Assembly: GCA_963812015.1 (NCBI GenBank)
Contig: CAWETI010000003.1
Location: 480,001-544,000, forward strand
Length of the DNA: 64,000 bases
Direction of reading: 5' to 3'
Origin: an uncultured delta proteobacterium
GTDB lineage: Bacteria > Desulfobacterota > Desulfobaccia > Desulfobaccales > 0-14-0-80-60-11
Position numbers and translations under genes: made by a program. Shown in pieces: positions 28,177 through 37,806 of this stretch. The notes below the pieces were generated by a model. It saw nothing but the letters and a program-made list of their open reading frames with translations. It searched no databases and was not told where the DNA came from. Position 1 is the stretch's first letter. Every line of letters starts with the position of its first letter.

Positions 28177-30418
28177 GCGCTCGCCCCACAGCGCAACCCC
28201 GGCCCAGGAACAACGAAAACGCCGCCGGGAACGCGTCCTCATAGCCATCTCCCTAATCCTGGTGGTGGCCATTACTTCCCTGGAAGTCAATCTGGTGCAC
28301 CGGGGCGGCCAGCCGGTGACCGGCAGTCTCCTGGCATTCGGCCTCCTCAATTTAAATACCTTTCTGCTGCTCCTGTTCACTTTTCTCATTTTTCGCCAGC
28401 TTTCCAAGCTCTTTTTAGAGAGGCGCCGCAAAGTCTTCGGCTCCCGCCTGCGAACCCGGCTGGTCCTCACTTTCATTACCTTGACCCTGATGCCCACCCT
28501 CTTTCTCTTCTTCATGGCCTGGCAGCTGATGTCCAGTCGAGTGGATTACTCCTGGGACCGCCAGGTGGAGCAGTCCCTGGATCAGGCCCTGGGTGTGAGC
28601 CGCAACGTGCCTCAGCAGCTAAAAGGCAAGCTGTTAGCCTCCGGCCGGGAGGTGAGCCTGGAACTCATGAACCGGGAGAACTGGAGGCGGGAAGATCGGG
28701 GTTCCCTGGAGGGTTTTCTCAAACAACGCCTGGAGGATTTTCACCTGACGGGCCTTGCGGTCCTCGATGCGCAGGGGACCGTGGTGGCCGAAAGCGCGGC
28801 GCCGCAGGTGCCGCCGTTGCCGGCGCTTGCCTGGCAAGAGGTCCAATCGGCCGCCGAGGCCAAGGAGCAGAGCATCCGCCAGCCCCTCCCCCAAGGAGAA
28901 CTTCTGACCCTGCCGGTCCCGCTGCGGGATGCCGCCGGCTCCCTGGATGGGTATGTGGTGGTGCGGCAACTCATCCCCCGGGCCCAACTCCTCCAGATCG
29001 CCGCCGCGGCCAAGAGCCTTGAGGACCTGCGCCGGCGGCACCTGCTCTTCAGCCCCGTCCGGGTGAGCCATTACCTGACCCTGATCATCGTCACCCTCAT
29101 TGCTCTGGTGGCCGCCATCTGGCTGGCTTTGTACATGGCCCGGGAGATTACCACCCCTATCCGCCAGTTGGCCGAAGGCACCGTGAAGGTGGCGGGTGGA
29201 AATTATGATATCCACATCGAACAGGAAGGCCGGGATGAAATCGGCTTCCTGGTGCAATCCTTCAACAAAATGACCCACGATTTGCAGCAGAGCCAGGCGC
29301 AACTGGCGACGACGTACCGGCAGTTGAGCGACAGCCACGCCCTGATTTCCACCCAGAAGCGGGACATGGAGGTCCTGTTGAAAAATGTGGCCGCGGGGGT
29401 GATCGGCATCGACGCGGCCGGGCGGGTGACCAACATCAACGATTCCGCGGCCCAGATGCTGCGTCTGAAACGGGAAGAGGTCCTGGGCCAGGACTGCCGG
29501 ATGCTTTTGCCCCCCGCCGAATATAACCGCCTGGCCGAAGTGGTGGCCGCGGCCCGGAAGTCTCCCCGGGGCATGGTGGAAAAGCCCCTGCATCTGGTGT
29601 TGCCGGACCAGACCCTCTACCTCCTGGTCAAGACCACGGCCCTCAGGGATGAGGCGGGCCAGGATCTGGGAGTGGTCCTGGTGTTCGAGGACTTGACAGA
29701 GCTGGAGCGGGCCCAGCGGCTGGCGGCCTGGCGCGAGGTGGCCCGGCGCATCGCCCATGAAGTGAAGAATCCCCTGACGCCCATCAAACTGGCGGCCCAG
29801 CGCCTGCAGCGCCGCTTCGCCGGTCGCCTGGGCGAGGATGATCAAATCTTTGACGAATGCACCCGGGTCATCATCAATCAGGTGGATGAACTTAAGAACC
29901 TGGTCAATGAATTTTCCCGGTTCGCCCGGCTGCCGCAGTTGACCCTGGCCTCCCAGGACCTCAATGCCCTAGTCCAGGAAACCCTGCTTCTGTACCAGGA
30001 GGTCCAGCCCCGCATCACCCTGGAATTTCACTCCGACCCGGCGCTGCCGCCCCTGCTCCTGGATCGGGAGCAGGTCAAGAGAATGCTCTTGAATCTGCTG
30101 GACAACGCCCTGGCCTCCATCCCCGGGCGCGGGACCATCACGGTGTCAGTTAAAGGGGACCCGGCTCAGGAGCGGGTGGAACTGGTCGTGGCCGATACCG
30201 GCGTCGGGGTGCCGGACCGGGATAAAATCCGCATTTTCGAGCCGTATTTCTCCACCAAGCGGGGCGGCACCGGCTTGGGGCTGGCCATCGTCAATTCCAT
30301 CGTGGCGGAGCACCAGGGCTTCCTTAGGCTGGAAGACAACGTGCCCCGGGGCACCAGGTTCATCATCGATATTCCCATGCACAGGGCTGAATATGTCGGG
30401 AACGCTGCTCGTAGTTGA
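28166..30418 (+). CDS. NtrY-like HAMP/PAS histidine kinase
   Basis: SRLRTRLV, HAMP, PAS, AWREVARRIAHEVKNPLTPI. Confidence 0.88.
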   Translation: MLRKRSPHSATPAQEQRKRRRERVLIAISLILVVAITSLEVNLVHRGGQPVTGSLLAFGLLNLNTFLLLLFTFLIFRQLSKLFLERRRKVFGSRLRTRLVLTFITLTLMPTLFLFFMAWQLMSSRVDYSWDRQVEQSLDQALGVSRNVPQQLKGKLLASGREVSLELMNRENWRREDRGSLEGFLKQRLEDFHLTGLAVLDAQGTVVAESAAPQVPPLPALAWQEVQSAAEAKEQSIRQPLPQGELLTLPVPLRDAAGSLDGYVVVRQLIPRAQLLQIAAAAKSLEDLRRRHLLFSPVRVSHYLTLIIVTLIALVAAIWLALYMAREITTPIRQLAEGTVKVAGGNYDIHIEQEGRDEIGFLVQSFNKMTHDLQQSQAQLATTYRQLSDSHALISTQKRDMEVLLKNVAAGVIGIDAAGRVTNINDSAAQMLRLKREEVLGQDCRMLLPPAEYNRLAEVVAAARKSPRGMVEKPLHLVLPDQTLYLLVKTTALRDEAGQDLGVVLVFEDLTELERAQRLAAWREVARRIAHEVKNPLTPIKLAAQRLQRRFAGRLGEDDQIFDECTRVIINQVDELKNLVNEFSRFARLPQLTLASQDLNALVQETLLLYQEVQPRITLEFHSDPALPPLLLDREQVKRMLLNLLDNALASIPGRGTITVSVKGDPAQERVELVVADTGVGVPDRDKIRIFEPYFSTKRGGTGLGLAIVNSIVAEHQGFLRLEDNVPRGTRFIIDIPMHRAEYVGNAARS

Positions 30419-31769
30419 CGACGAACCCCAGATCCTCCAGGTGGTCTCGGGCATCCTTCAGGACGAGGGCTTCGAGGTGCTCACGGCCCCGGACGGCGAG
30501 GCCGCCCTCAAGCTGGTGGGGGAGGAGGCCCCGGACCTGGTGCTCCTGGACATCGCCCTGCCGGGCCTGGACGGTCTGGAAGTCCTCCAGGAACTGAAGC
30601 GTCGCTATCCGTTCCTGCCGGTGGTGATGATTTCCGCCTATGGCTCGGTGGAAAACGCGGTGAAAGCCACCCGCCTGGGGGCCTACGACTTTATTGAAAA
30701 GCCGCCCAACGCCGACAAGATTCTCCTGTCGGTGCGCAACGGTCTGGAGATGGCCCGCCTGTCCGAGGAAAACCGGCGGCTGCGCCAGCAGGCGGCCCCG
30801 GCCCGGGAGATCATCGGCAAGAGCGAGCCTATCCGCAAGCTGCGGGAGACGCTGAACCTGGTGGCCCCTACCAACGCCTCGGTGCTCATCACCGGGGAAA
30901 ACGGCACCGGCAAAGAGTTGGTGGCCCGGGCCCTCCATGCCTACAGCCGCCGGTCCCACCAGCCCTTTGTGGAGGTCAACTGCGCCGCTATTCCCGAGGA
31001 TCTCATCGAAAGCGAACTCTTCGGCCACGAAAAGGGGGCGTTTACCGGGGCCACGGACCGCCATCGGGGCAAATTCGACCTGGCCCACGAAGGCACCCTT
31101 TTCCTGGACGAAATCGGCGATATGAGCCTGAAAACCCAGGCCAAGATTTTGCGCATCCTGGAAGAGCAGCGCTTCGAGCGGGTGGGGGGGCACCGGCCCA
31201 TCCAAGTGGATGTGCGCATCGTAGCCGCCACCAACAAGAACCTGGAAGAGGAGATCGCCAAGGGGGCTTTTCGGGAAGACCTTTACCACCGGATCAACGT
31301 CATTCCCCTCATCGTGCCGCCCCTGAGGGATCGCCGGGAAGATATCGCCCCGTTGGCGGCCCACTTTCTCAAGGAACTGGCCCGGGAAAACGATGCCCCG
31401 GCCAAGACCTTCAGTCCCCAGGCCCTGGAGGTTTTGACCACCCAGCCCTGGCCGGGCAACGTCCGGGAGCTGAAAAACTTCGTCTGGCGACTGGCCATCC
31501 TGACCGCCGGGACCACCATCGAGGCGGCCGACCTGCCGATCAGCGCGACGGGCCTAACCCCGGAAGAGGGCGGCGAGGGGGAATTCATCGATCCCTTCCT
31601 CCAGGTGCCGTCGTTTCGGGAGGCTCGGGCCCTGTTTGAGAAGCAGTTCCTGCGGCGCAAACTGGAGGAATGCCGAGGCAACGTCAGCCTGCTGGCCGAA
31701 AAGATCGGTCTGGAACGTTCCCACCTCTACCGCAAGCTGAAATCCTACGGCCTGGAACCGGGCAAGTAG
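30393..31769 (+). CDS. NtrX-like sigma54-dependent response regulator
   Basis: REC domain, GENGTGKE, GAFTGA, ERSHLYRKL HTH. Confidence 0.9.
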   Translation: MSGTLLVVDDEPQILQVVSGILQDEGFEVLTAPDGEAALKLVGEEAPDLVLLDIALPGLDGLEVLQELKRRYPFLPVVMISAYGSVENAVKATRLGAYDFIEKPPNADKILLSVRNGLEMARLSEENRRLRQQAAPAREIIGKSEPIRKLRETLNLVAPTNASVLITGENGTGKELVARALHAYSRRSHQPFVEVNCAAIPEDLIESELFGHEKGAFTGATDRHRGKFDLAHEGTLFLDEIGDMSLKTQAKILRILEEQRFERVGGHRPIQVDVRIVAATNKNLEEEIAKGAFREDLYHRINVIPLIVPPLRDRREDIAPLAAHFLKELARENDAPAKTFSPQALEVLTTQPWPGNVRELKNFVWRLAILTAGTTIEAADLPISATGLTPEEGGEGEFIDPFLQVPSFREARALFEKQFLRRKLEECRGNVSLLAEKIGLERSHLYRKLKSYGLEPGK

Positions 31770-32347
31770 GAATCGGGCAAGAAACCGCTAACGGGGGCCA
31801 AGGGCCGGACCCCGCACCCCCTCTCCGACGCATCTGCAATCAAAACCGGATGACCCGTGATGGGTGCGAGTAGAACTTCATCACCGCTCTCTGCAAAAAC
31901 GACTGATCACCTGCAACCAGAGACCTCATTTCTTCAAGACCTAATCATCCCCGGGGTTTCACCCATCCCTATTTCATATCCCATTGCTTAGGACCATGGG
32001 GCGCCGATAACCCCGAAAGGCTGATAGGGATTTGTTTTAGTCAAAAATCAGGGATTTCCCGGCCAGTAATCAGTAGTTGCCCCGATTTATGCTTGGACAA
32101 AAGTTTATTAAGTTTAATACAGGTTAGAATGTACCCGAGTTAAATAAAATTTGGTTAAAAAATGACAGATCTTAAAAGAAAAAATCCACTACCGCATGAG
32201 CAAATAGCAAATAGAGGCTTAATTAGCTGATAATAGCGCTATTGCACTCGGGCAGCGGGGTGGTGGTCTCACATATAATAAATTAAAAAATGCAACAAAG
32301 TTTGAAATCTGCGGCGCAATTGAGCGTTGTAAATTTTATCGATAACC

Positions 32348-32641
32348 ATGTATGAAATCTCTAGGAAATTATTGCATACGTTTTCTTTGGTCATTGATGT
32401 ATATATTTGGATAATTTTGTTTAGAATATTGGCTTTCATATTTATTTATTCTCCTTATAATCCAATCACTCGACTTTGGTTTAATGTAACAGATCCGGCC
32501 ATGCAATTATTAAATGGAATAATTCCACCATTGCAAGTTAATGGAATTTATCTTCATAATATATCGGTTATGCTGGTGCTTTTGCTAATATTGTGCAGAA
32601 AAACAATGTGTAGAATATTTGGTTTTCTTAGGGAAGATTGA
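32348..32641 (+). CDS. YggT-like membrane protein (AT-rich, divergent)
   Basis: VYIWII, PYNPITR...VTDPAM...IIPPL. Confidence 0.6.
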   Translation: MYEISRKLLHTFSLVIDVYIWIILFRILAFIFIYSPYNPITRLWFNVTDPAMQLLNGIIPPLQVNGIYLHNISVMLVLLLILCRKTMCRIFGFLRED

Positions 32642-32834
32642 CCAGTTTAATAACTGGAACCCCAAAGGATGGCCGGGATAGCAGAAATGGGTGATTTCAA
32701 AAATACCCCCCCAAAAAATAGGGATTTCCTCAACGAAAATTATGGTTTTCACCTATGGAGGAGAAAATTAATTAGCTTAAAATATAATCGCTAAAGATAG
32801 ACTCTCATCAATATTGCTGATATCAGGAGGTTCT

Positions 32835-32951
32835 ATGAAGCTCATTAAAATTGCCAATTATCTCTGGAGTAAACAATGGTTACGAACTCCCTCGATAGCT
32901 GCGGTGATTATCCTGATTCTCTGTGTTATTTCATATAAGTTGCCGATGTAA
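32835..32951 (+). CDS. Small hydrophobic protein (38 aa)
   Basis: aggagg RBS; MKLIKIANYLWSKQWLRTPSIAAVIILILCVISYKLPM. Confidence 0.4.
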   Translation: MKLIKIANYLWSKQWLRTPSIAAVIILILCVISYKLPM

Positions 32952-32960
32952 ACCGTATTA

Positions 32961-33028
32961 ATTCGAGGAGCGTGGGGGAATCTCACCCCCCACGCCCTCA
33001 CGTACCCGGACGTGAGCCTCCCGGCTCA
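32961..33028 (-). mobile_element. Group II intron 3'-end remnant (partial domain V plus domain VI)
   Basis: Minus strand reads TGAGCCGGGAGGCTCACGTCCGGGTACGTGAGGGCGTGGGGGGTGAGATTCCCCCACGCTCCTCGAAT, which fits the DV/DVI pattern. No RT gene nearby. Confidence 0.7.
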
Positions 33029-33120
33029 ATGACCCGCGACAACACCCGAAGAAGCTTCGCCTGTTGCCAACTCGTGGTGTGTTTCAAAATTAAAGTAACA
33101 AGATAAAAACCGGTCTTTTA

Positions 33121-33203
33121 CCCCCCTTTCCTAAAGGGGGGCCAGAGGGGATTTTTATAAGCGTCTGAAATCCCCCTAAATCCCCCTTTTTCAAAGGGGA
33201 CTT
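33121..33203. repeat. CCCCCTTT..AAAGGGGG repeat pair
   Basis: Same family as 16287-16377. Confidence 0.7.
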
Positions 33204-33410
33204 AACCTGCCAAGTGCGGTGCTCCGACCCTGCTCTTATGTCCAGTTAATGGTGAAACGCTCCACTAGCTTACCAAACCGGCAGTAACTTCTCAAAAATT
33301 CTCAATGGTTGCGGATATGATGGGCATAACGCCATGGCCGGTTTGGGGGGGGCCGAAAGCCAGGGTTGTGGCAGGCCGGCGTAACGGGGGAGAACGGTGA
33401 ACTTAGCCAT

Positions 33411-33443
33411 AAAAAACCCCTCCCAAACGGGGCTTGGGAAGGG
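33411..33443 (-). terminator. Rho-independent terminator after the radical SAM gene
   Basis: Hairpin followed by a T-run on the minus strand. Confidence 0.5.
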
Positions 33444-33515
33444 AGTTTAAGGGGAGGGCGGGGGACCCTTACGAAACACGAAACGTCCTCCTGCCCTCCC
33501 GTCAGTTTGCGCCGA

Positions 33516-35378
33516 TTAGACCGGGGTGCCCACCTCGGCCAGGGTCTGAAAGTAGACGCGGCGGATGCGCCCCATGCGATTGCTAAAGACCAGGCCCAGC
33601 TCCATGCAGGCGTTGTAGAAGGATTCCCGGCTGAATTGCATGGGGAGCAGCCTGGCTACGGTTTCCTTGGTGAACTCCTGGTGAAGGTCTTTGACCTTCT
33701 GGGCCGCTTCCCCCAGTCCTTCCCACAGGGGCACCAGGACGAGGTCCGCTTTTTCCTGCAAGCGGGCAATTTCGGCCCGCACCTGTTCCATGGCGCTCAG
33801 GGGGCTGGTGGCGACTTTCTCCTGGTTGGTTTCCTGCACCACTTCCACTCCCAGGCGTTCCAGGAACTTGATGAGAAAATCCTTGGGTCCCTTCTCCCAG
33901 GTGCACAGGTTCCAGATATCACCGGGGATGCCCACCCGGGGGGTGCCGCCTTTCTGCGGCAGCAACTGGCGCAGTTGCTGCACCCGGGCAAAGAGCCGTT
34001 CTTGCAACTGCTGGAAGTAGCTGTTCCTTCTCAGGGTGGACTTCCACAGGATGATGCGGCCGTAGGCCTTCATTTTGGCGAAAAACAGGTCCCGGGCGAT
34101 GAGGCGCTTAATCACCGAGGTCCAGCTGTAAAACTTCTTCATGGCCCGGTTGGTTTCCATCTGGAGTTCAAAGGGGGTGAACTGTCGGGGTTGGAAGACG
34201 GTGTGGTGGCCGTCGTACTGGCTCCAGTCCCGGCAGATAATCCGGTTCTGGGCCTCCATCTCCTTGTAGAAAGGGGTGCCGGGTAACGGGGTGAGCATCA
34301 GGTATTGCAGGGAATCCAGGTCCAACTGGCGGGAAACCTTCACGGTGTCCCGGATCACCTGGTAATGGTCCTCTTCGGAGCCGAAGACGAACATGCCGTG
34401 GACGTTGATGCCGAACTTGTGGAAATTGTTCACGCAGTCCTTGACGCCTTCCACGGTCTGGGACTTGTTGTAGGCCTTCAAGGTGGCGGGGTTGATGGAT
34501 TCCAGCCCCACGAAGACGATGTAGCAGCCGCTCTTAGCCATGAGTTCCAGGAGCTCAGGGTCCTTGGCGGATTCCACCCGCACCTGGGCGCTCCATTCGA
34601 TCTTCAGACCTTCGGCGATGATGCGCTCGCACAATTCTTTGGTGCGTTTGCGGTCGGCGGTGAAGTTGTCGTCGCAGAAAAAGATATGGCGGGCCTGGGC
34701 GCCATTCTGGCGAATCTCGTCAATCACCCGGTCGATGGAAGTGACGCGGTGCTTGCGCCCGAACATCATGATAACCGAACAGAAGCTGCAGTTGAAGGGG
34801 CAGCCCCGGGAGGTGGCGATGGAGACGACGCCTTTCCTATTCCGGGCCTTCCAGCCGTGAATCAGATTGTAATTGGGGATGGGGAGGGAATCCAACTCCC
34901 CCAGGAACGGACGCCAGGGGTTTTGTTGGATGGTGTCTCCGTCCCGGTAGCAGAGATTGTTGACTTCCGCCAGGCTGCCGCCGGTTTCCAGGGCCTTGAC
35001 CAGCTCCGGCAGGGCCTCGTCGCCTTCGCCGCAGACCACATAATCGGCGTGCTCCAACCCTTCCAGGGGCAGGAAACTGGGGTGGGCGCCGCCCAGGACC
35101 ACCGGCAGGCCCTGTTGGCGATAGAAGTCCGACAACTCATAGGTCCGGGGGGCGGTGGAGGAGATGCTGGAGATGCACACCAGGTCGGGGTGAAAGTCCA
35201 GGGTGCGGTAATCGGGGGCGGATATCTCCTCGATCACCACCTTGACCTCGATTCCCCGCTGCTGCAAGATGGTTCCCAACAACAATGACCCTAACCGGGG
35301 AATGGCCACCCGGCTGAAAATATGCTCCTGGGGAGAGCGGGGTTCGATGAATAATACCTTATGAATGGGCCTGGCCAT
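33516..35378 (-). CDS. B12-binding domain radical SAM protein
   Basis: GGAHPS B12 domain; SRGCPFNCSFC; C-terminal extension. Confidence 0.9.
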   Translation of the reverse strand: MARPIHKVLFIEPRSPQEHIFSRVAIPRLGSLLLGTILQQRGIEVKVVIEEISAPDYRTLDFHPDLVCISSISSTAPRTYELSDFYRQQGLPVVLGGAHPSFLPLEGLEHADYVVCGEGDEALPELVKALETGGSLAEVNNLCYRDGDTIQQNPWRPFLGELDSLPIPNYNLIHGWKARNRKGVVSIATSRGCPFNCSFCSVIMMFGRKHRVTSIDRVIDEIRQNGAQARHIFFCDDNFTADRKRTKELCERIIAEGLKIEWSAQVRVESAKDPELLELMAKSGCYIVFVGLESINPATLKAYNKSQTVEGVKDCVNNFHKFGINVHGMFVFGSEEDHYQVIRDTVKVSRQLDLDSLQYLMLTPLPGTPFYKEMEAQNRIICRDWSQYDGHHTVFQPRQFTPFELQMETNRAMKKFYSWTSVIKRLIARDLFFAKMKAYGRIILWKSTLRRNSYFQQLQERLFARVQQLRQLLPQKGGTPRVGIPGDIWNLCTWEKGPKDFLIKFLERLGVEVVQETNQEKVATSPLSAMEQVRAEIARLQEKADLVLVPLWEGLGEAAQKVKDLHQEFTKETVARLLPMQFSRESFYNACMELGLVFSNRMGRIRRVYFQTLAEVGTPV

Positions 35379-35510
35379 GTGGTACTCCTCCTAAAACTTC
35401 ACTCCTGACCCCAGGGGCGAGGTTCAACAACAAGCCTCTCCATCGGCAGGTTCTGCATACCGGGTGAATGCCTGAACTATAAGGGATTTAAAGACTTTTC
35501 CTTGGGTAAT

Positions 35511-35539
35511 ACTTTAAAGGCCCGCACCCCAATTGTCAA
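35511..35539 (-). promoter_or_regulatory. sigma70 promoter of the radical SAM gene
   Basis: TTGACA-17 bp-TAAAGT on the minus strand. Confidence 0.55.
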
Positions 35540-35577
35540 ATTAATTCTTGGTGAGCGCGGCATGAGGAAAACATGAA

Positions 35578-35611
35578 GCAGCAGATCCCCCCCAAAGAGG
35601 GGATCTGCTGC
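35578..35611 (-). terminator. Hairpin downstream of dsrC
   Basis: Perfect 13-bp stem gcagcagatcccc/ggggatctgctgc. Confidence 0.6.
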
Positions 35612-35646
35612 ATTTGTCGCCTGAACTAATGAAACAAGAGGGTGCT

Positions 35647-35964
35647 TTAGACGCAACCGGTGGGTTTCGCCAATCCGGCCATCTTACAGGCGCCTTTGCC
35701 CGGTCCTGAAGGGAACAGCTCGTAAATATGTTTCAGTTTAAAGCCGGTTACCTTGGAAAGGATCCGGACCATGGGAGCAATGCCGTTCTTCTTGTAGTAA
35801 TCCTGGAGCATGTTGATGACTTTCCAATGCTCGTCATTGAGCTCGGAGATGCCTTCGGATTCCTTGACGTAGTCCACCCACTCCTCATTCCACTGATCCA
35901 GATTCTCCAGAAAGCCGTCTTCATCTACGGTAAAGGTTTTACCTTTGAATTCTACGGTGGCCAT
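35647..35964 (-). CDS. dsrC: Dissimilatory sulfite reductase sulfur carrier DsrC
   Basis: VDEDGFL; C-terminal PSGPGKGACKMAGLAKPTGCV with both Cys (CX10C). Confidence 0.93.
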   Translation of the reverse strand: MATVEFKGKTFTVDEDGFLENLDQWNEEWVDYVKESEGISELNDEHWKVINMLQDYYKKNGIAPMVRILSKVTGFKLKHIYELFPSGPGKGACKMAGLAKPTGCV

Positions 35965-36013
35965 GCAGACATATCCTCCTTCAATATTTTGATCGCAGGG
36001 TTTTTAATTTTCA

Positions 36014-36042
36014 AAGGTATGTCATTGTGAATTTTTTGTCAA
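36014..36042 (-). promoter_or_regulatory. dsrC sigma70 promoter overlapped by a Rex-like box
   Basis: TTGACA-17-TACCTT on the minus strand; TTGTGAATTTTTTGTCAA at 36025-36042. Confidence 0.55.
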
Positions 36043-36170
36043 GCATTAAAAAGTTCTTAAATTCAAGGATTCAGTTGCGGGAACCCACCGAGGTCACAGC
36101 CCGAAACTCTCGGGAGCACTGGAAGCCCACGCCTGTCGCTTTGGGGGCGGCGCCAGCCCCTTGAGGTTCA

Positions 36171-37562
36171 TCAACGCCCCTCAACCTGGGCGGGAAAAAT
36201 TTTCCCCGGGTTCATGAGGTTATGGGGGTCAAAGGCCTGTTTAACCCGCCGCTGCAAGGCCATGGCCGCCTCGGACAATTCCATTCCCAGGTAGGGGGCC
36301 TTGGTGAGACCGATGCCGTGCTCCCCGGACAGGGTGCCGTTCAGCTCCCGGACCACGCGGAAAATATCCTCCACCGCCAGATGTACCGCCTGCCGTTCCC
36401 GGTCCACCTGATGATCGTACAGCACGTTGACGTGGATATTACCGTCCCCGGCATGGCCGTAGCTGGGGATGATGAGGCCCCGGCGGCGGGAAATTTCTTG
36501 TAAGGCAATGATCAAGGCGGGAATGGCCCCCAGGGGGACGGCCACGTCTTCGCTCACCTTGTGAGGTTTCACTTTTAATAAGGCCGGGGAGATCACCTTC
36601 CGGGCCCGCCAGAGGCGCTCCGCCTCCTCCGGGGTTTTGGCCCGGAGGACCGGGCGGGCCCCCTGCTCCCGGCAGAACCGGGCCATGCGGGTGGCCCGGT
36701 CCTCCACATCTTGGGGGTGGCCGTCCACCGCGATGAGCAGCAGGGCGGTGGTGGCCTCCGGCAGCTCAAACGGGAGCATCTCCCGGACGCAGGAAAGCGT
36801 CACGTGGTCCATGAACTCCAGGGCGGTGGGGGCGAGACCCGACCTGAGGATCAGGCTCACGGCCTCGGCCGCGGCGCTCAGGGTCCCGAAGCCGGCGGCC
36901 AGGGTCTGGCGGGCCGGGGGTTTGGACACCAGCCTCAGAATGATGCGGGTGATCACGCCCAGGGTGCCTTCCGAGCCCAGAAACAGGCGGGTGAGATCAT
37001 AACCCACCACGCCTTTCATGGTGCGGGTTCCGGTGGTGATGAGCTCGCCGGTGGGCAGCACCACCTCGAGGCCCAGGACATAATCCCGGGTGACGCCGTA
37101 CTGCACCGCCACCGCGCCCCCGGCGCACTCGGCGACGTTGCCGCCGATGGTGCAGAAATCGGCGCTGGCGGGGTCCGGCGGGTAGTAGAGGCCCTGGGCC
37201 TCCACCGCCTGCTTCAGCCGGCTGAGGATGACCCCGGGCTCCACCACCGCCACCAGGTCGTTTTTGCTGATCTCCAGGATGCGGTTCAGGCGGGTCAGGA
37301 CCAGGACCACCCCGCCCTGGATGGGCACCGAGCCGCCGCTGCGGCCGGTGCCCGCGCCCCGGGGCACCACCGGGAAGCGGCGCGCATTGGCCAGGCGCAC
37401 GATGGCGGCGATCTCGGCCGCGGAGCCGGGAAAGACCACCGCATCCGGCATGTGGGCCTGATCCGTGGCGTCATAGGCGTAGGTCCAGCACTCCTCGGGG
37501 CTGGTGAGGAGGTGGGGGGGGCCCACTATCGCGTTGAGTTCTTTAATAAGAGAATCTTGCAT
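36171..37562 (-). CDS. FAD-linked oxidase, GlcD/D-lactate dehydrogenase family
   Basis: PRGAGTG, YPPDPAS, GHAGDGNIH, SGEHGIG, NPGKIF; likely start MQDSLIKEL. Confidence 0.88.
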   Translation of the reverse strand: MQDSLIKELNAIVGPPHLLTSPEECWTYAYDATDQAHMPDAVVFPGSAAEIAAIVRLANARRFPVVPRGAGTGRSGGSVPIQGGVVLVLTRLNRILEISKNDLVAVVEPGVILSRLKQAVEAQGLYYPPDPASADFCTIGGNVAECAGGAVAVQYGVTRDYVLGLEVVLPTGELITTGTRTMKGVVGYDLTRLFLGSEGTLGVITRIILRLVSKPPARQTLAAGFGTLSAAAEAVSLILRSGLAPTALEFMDHVTLSCVREMLPFELPEATTALLLIAVDGHPQDVEDRATRMARFCREQGARPVLRAKTPEEAERLWRARKVISPALLKVKPHKVSEDVAVPLGAIPALIIALQEISRRRGLIIPSYGHAGDGNIHVNVLYDHQVDRERQAVHLAVEDIFRVVRELNGTLSGEHGIGLTKAPYLGMELSEAAMALQRRVKQAFDPHNLMNPGKIFPAQVEGR

Positions 37563-37578
37563 TCTTGGATTTTCAGCC

Positions 37579-37758
37579 GTAGGGCGGGAAAGTGAAACGC
37601 ATCCCGCCTTCGGCAATTGGGTGACCTAACTTATGCCGCAATATATTCCCGCTTTTGCTCCTATCGGCACGTTCTCTTTCACGGTCACGCTGCTGGAACG
37701 CCTCGGAAAACTAAATTATGCTAACTAAAGGCGGGATGCGCTAGCTTTCCCGCCCTAC
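37579..37758. mobile_element. Inverted GTAG REP pair enclosing a RAYT transposase remnant
   Basis: REPs at 37579-37608 and 37730-37758; internal ORF 37633-37728 reads MPQYIPAFAPIGTFSFTVTLLER. Confidence 0.65.
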
Positions 37759-37806
37759 GTGCTACGGGCTCTATAAGTCTCCCAGCTTGGGGAAAAATTG
37801 AAACAT

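Noticed and set aside
36065..36170. Possible 6S RNA or riboswitch upstream of dsrC
   Set aside because: Too short, wrong gene context and no convincing consensus match.
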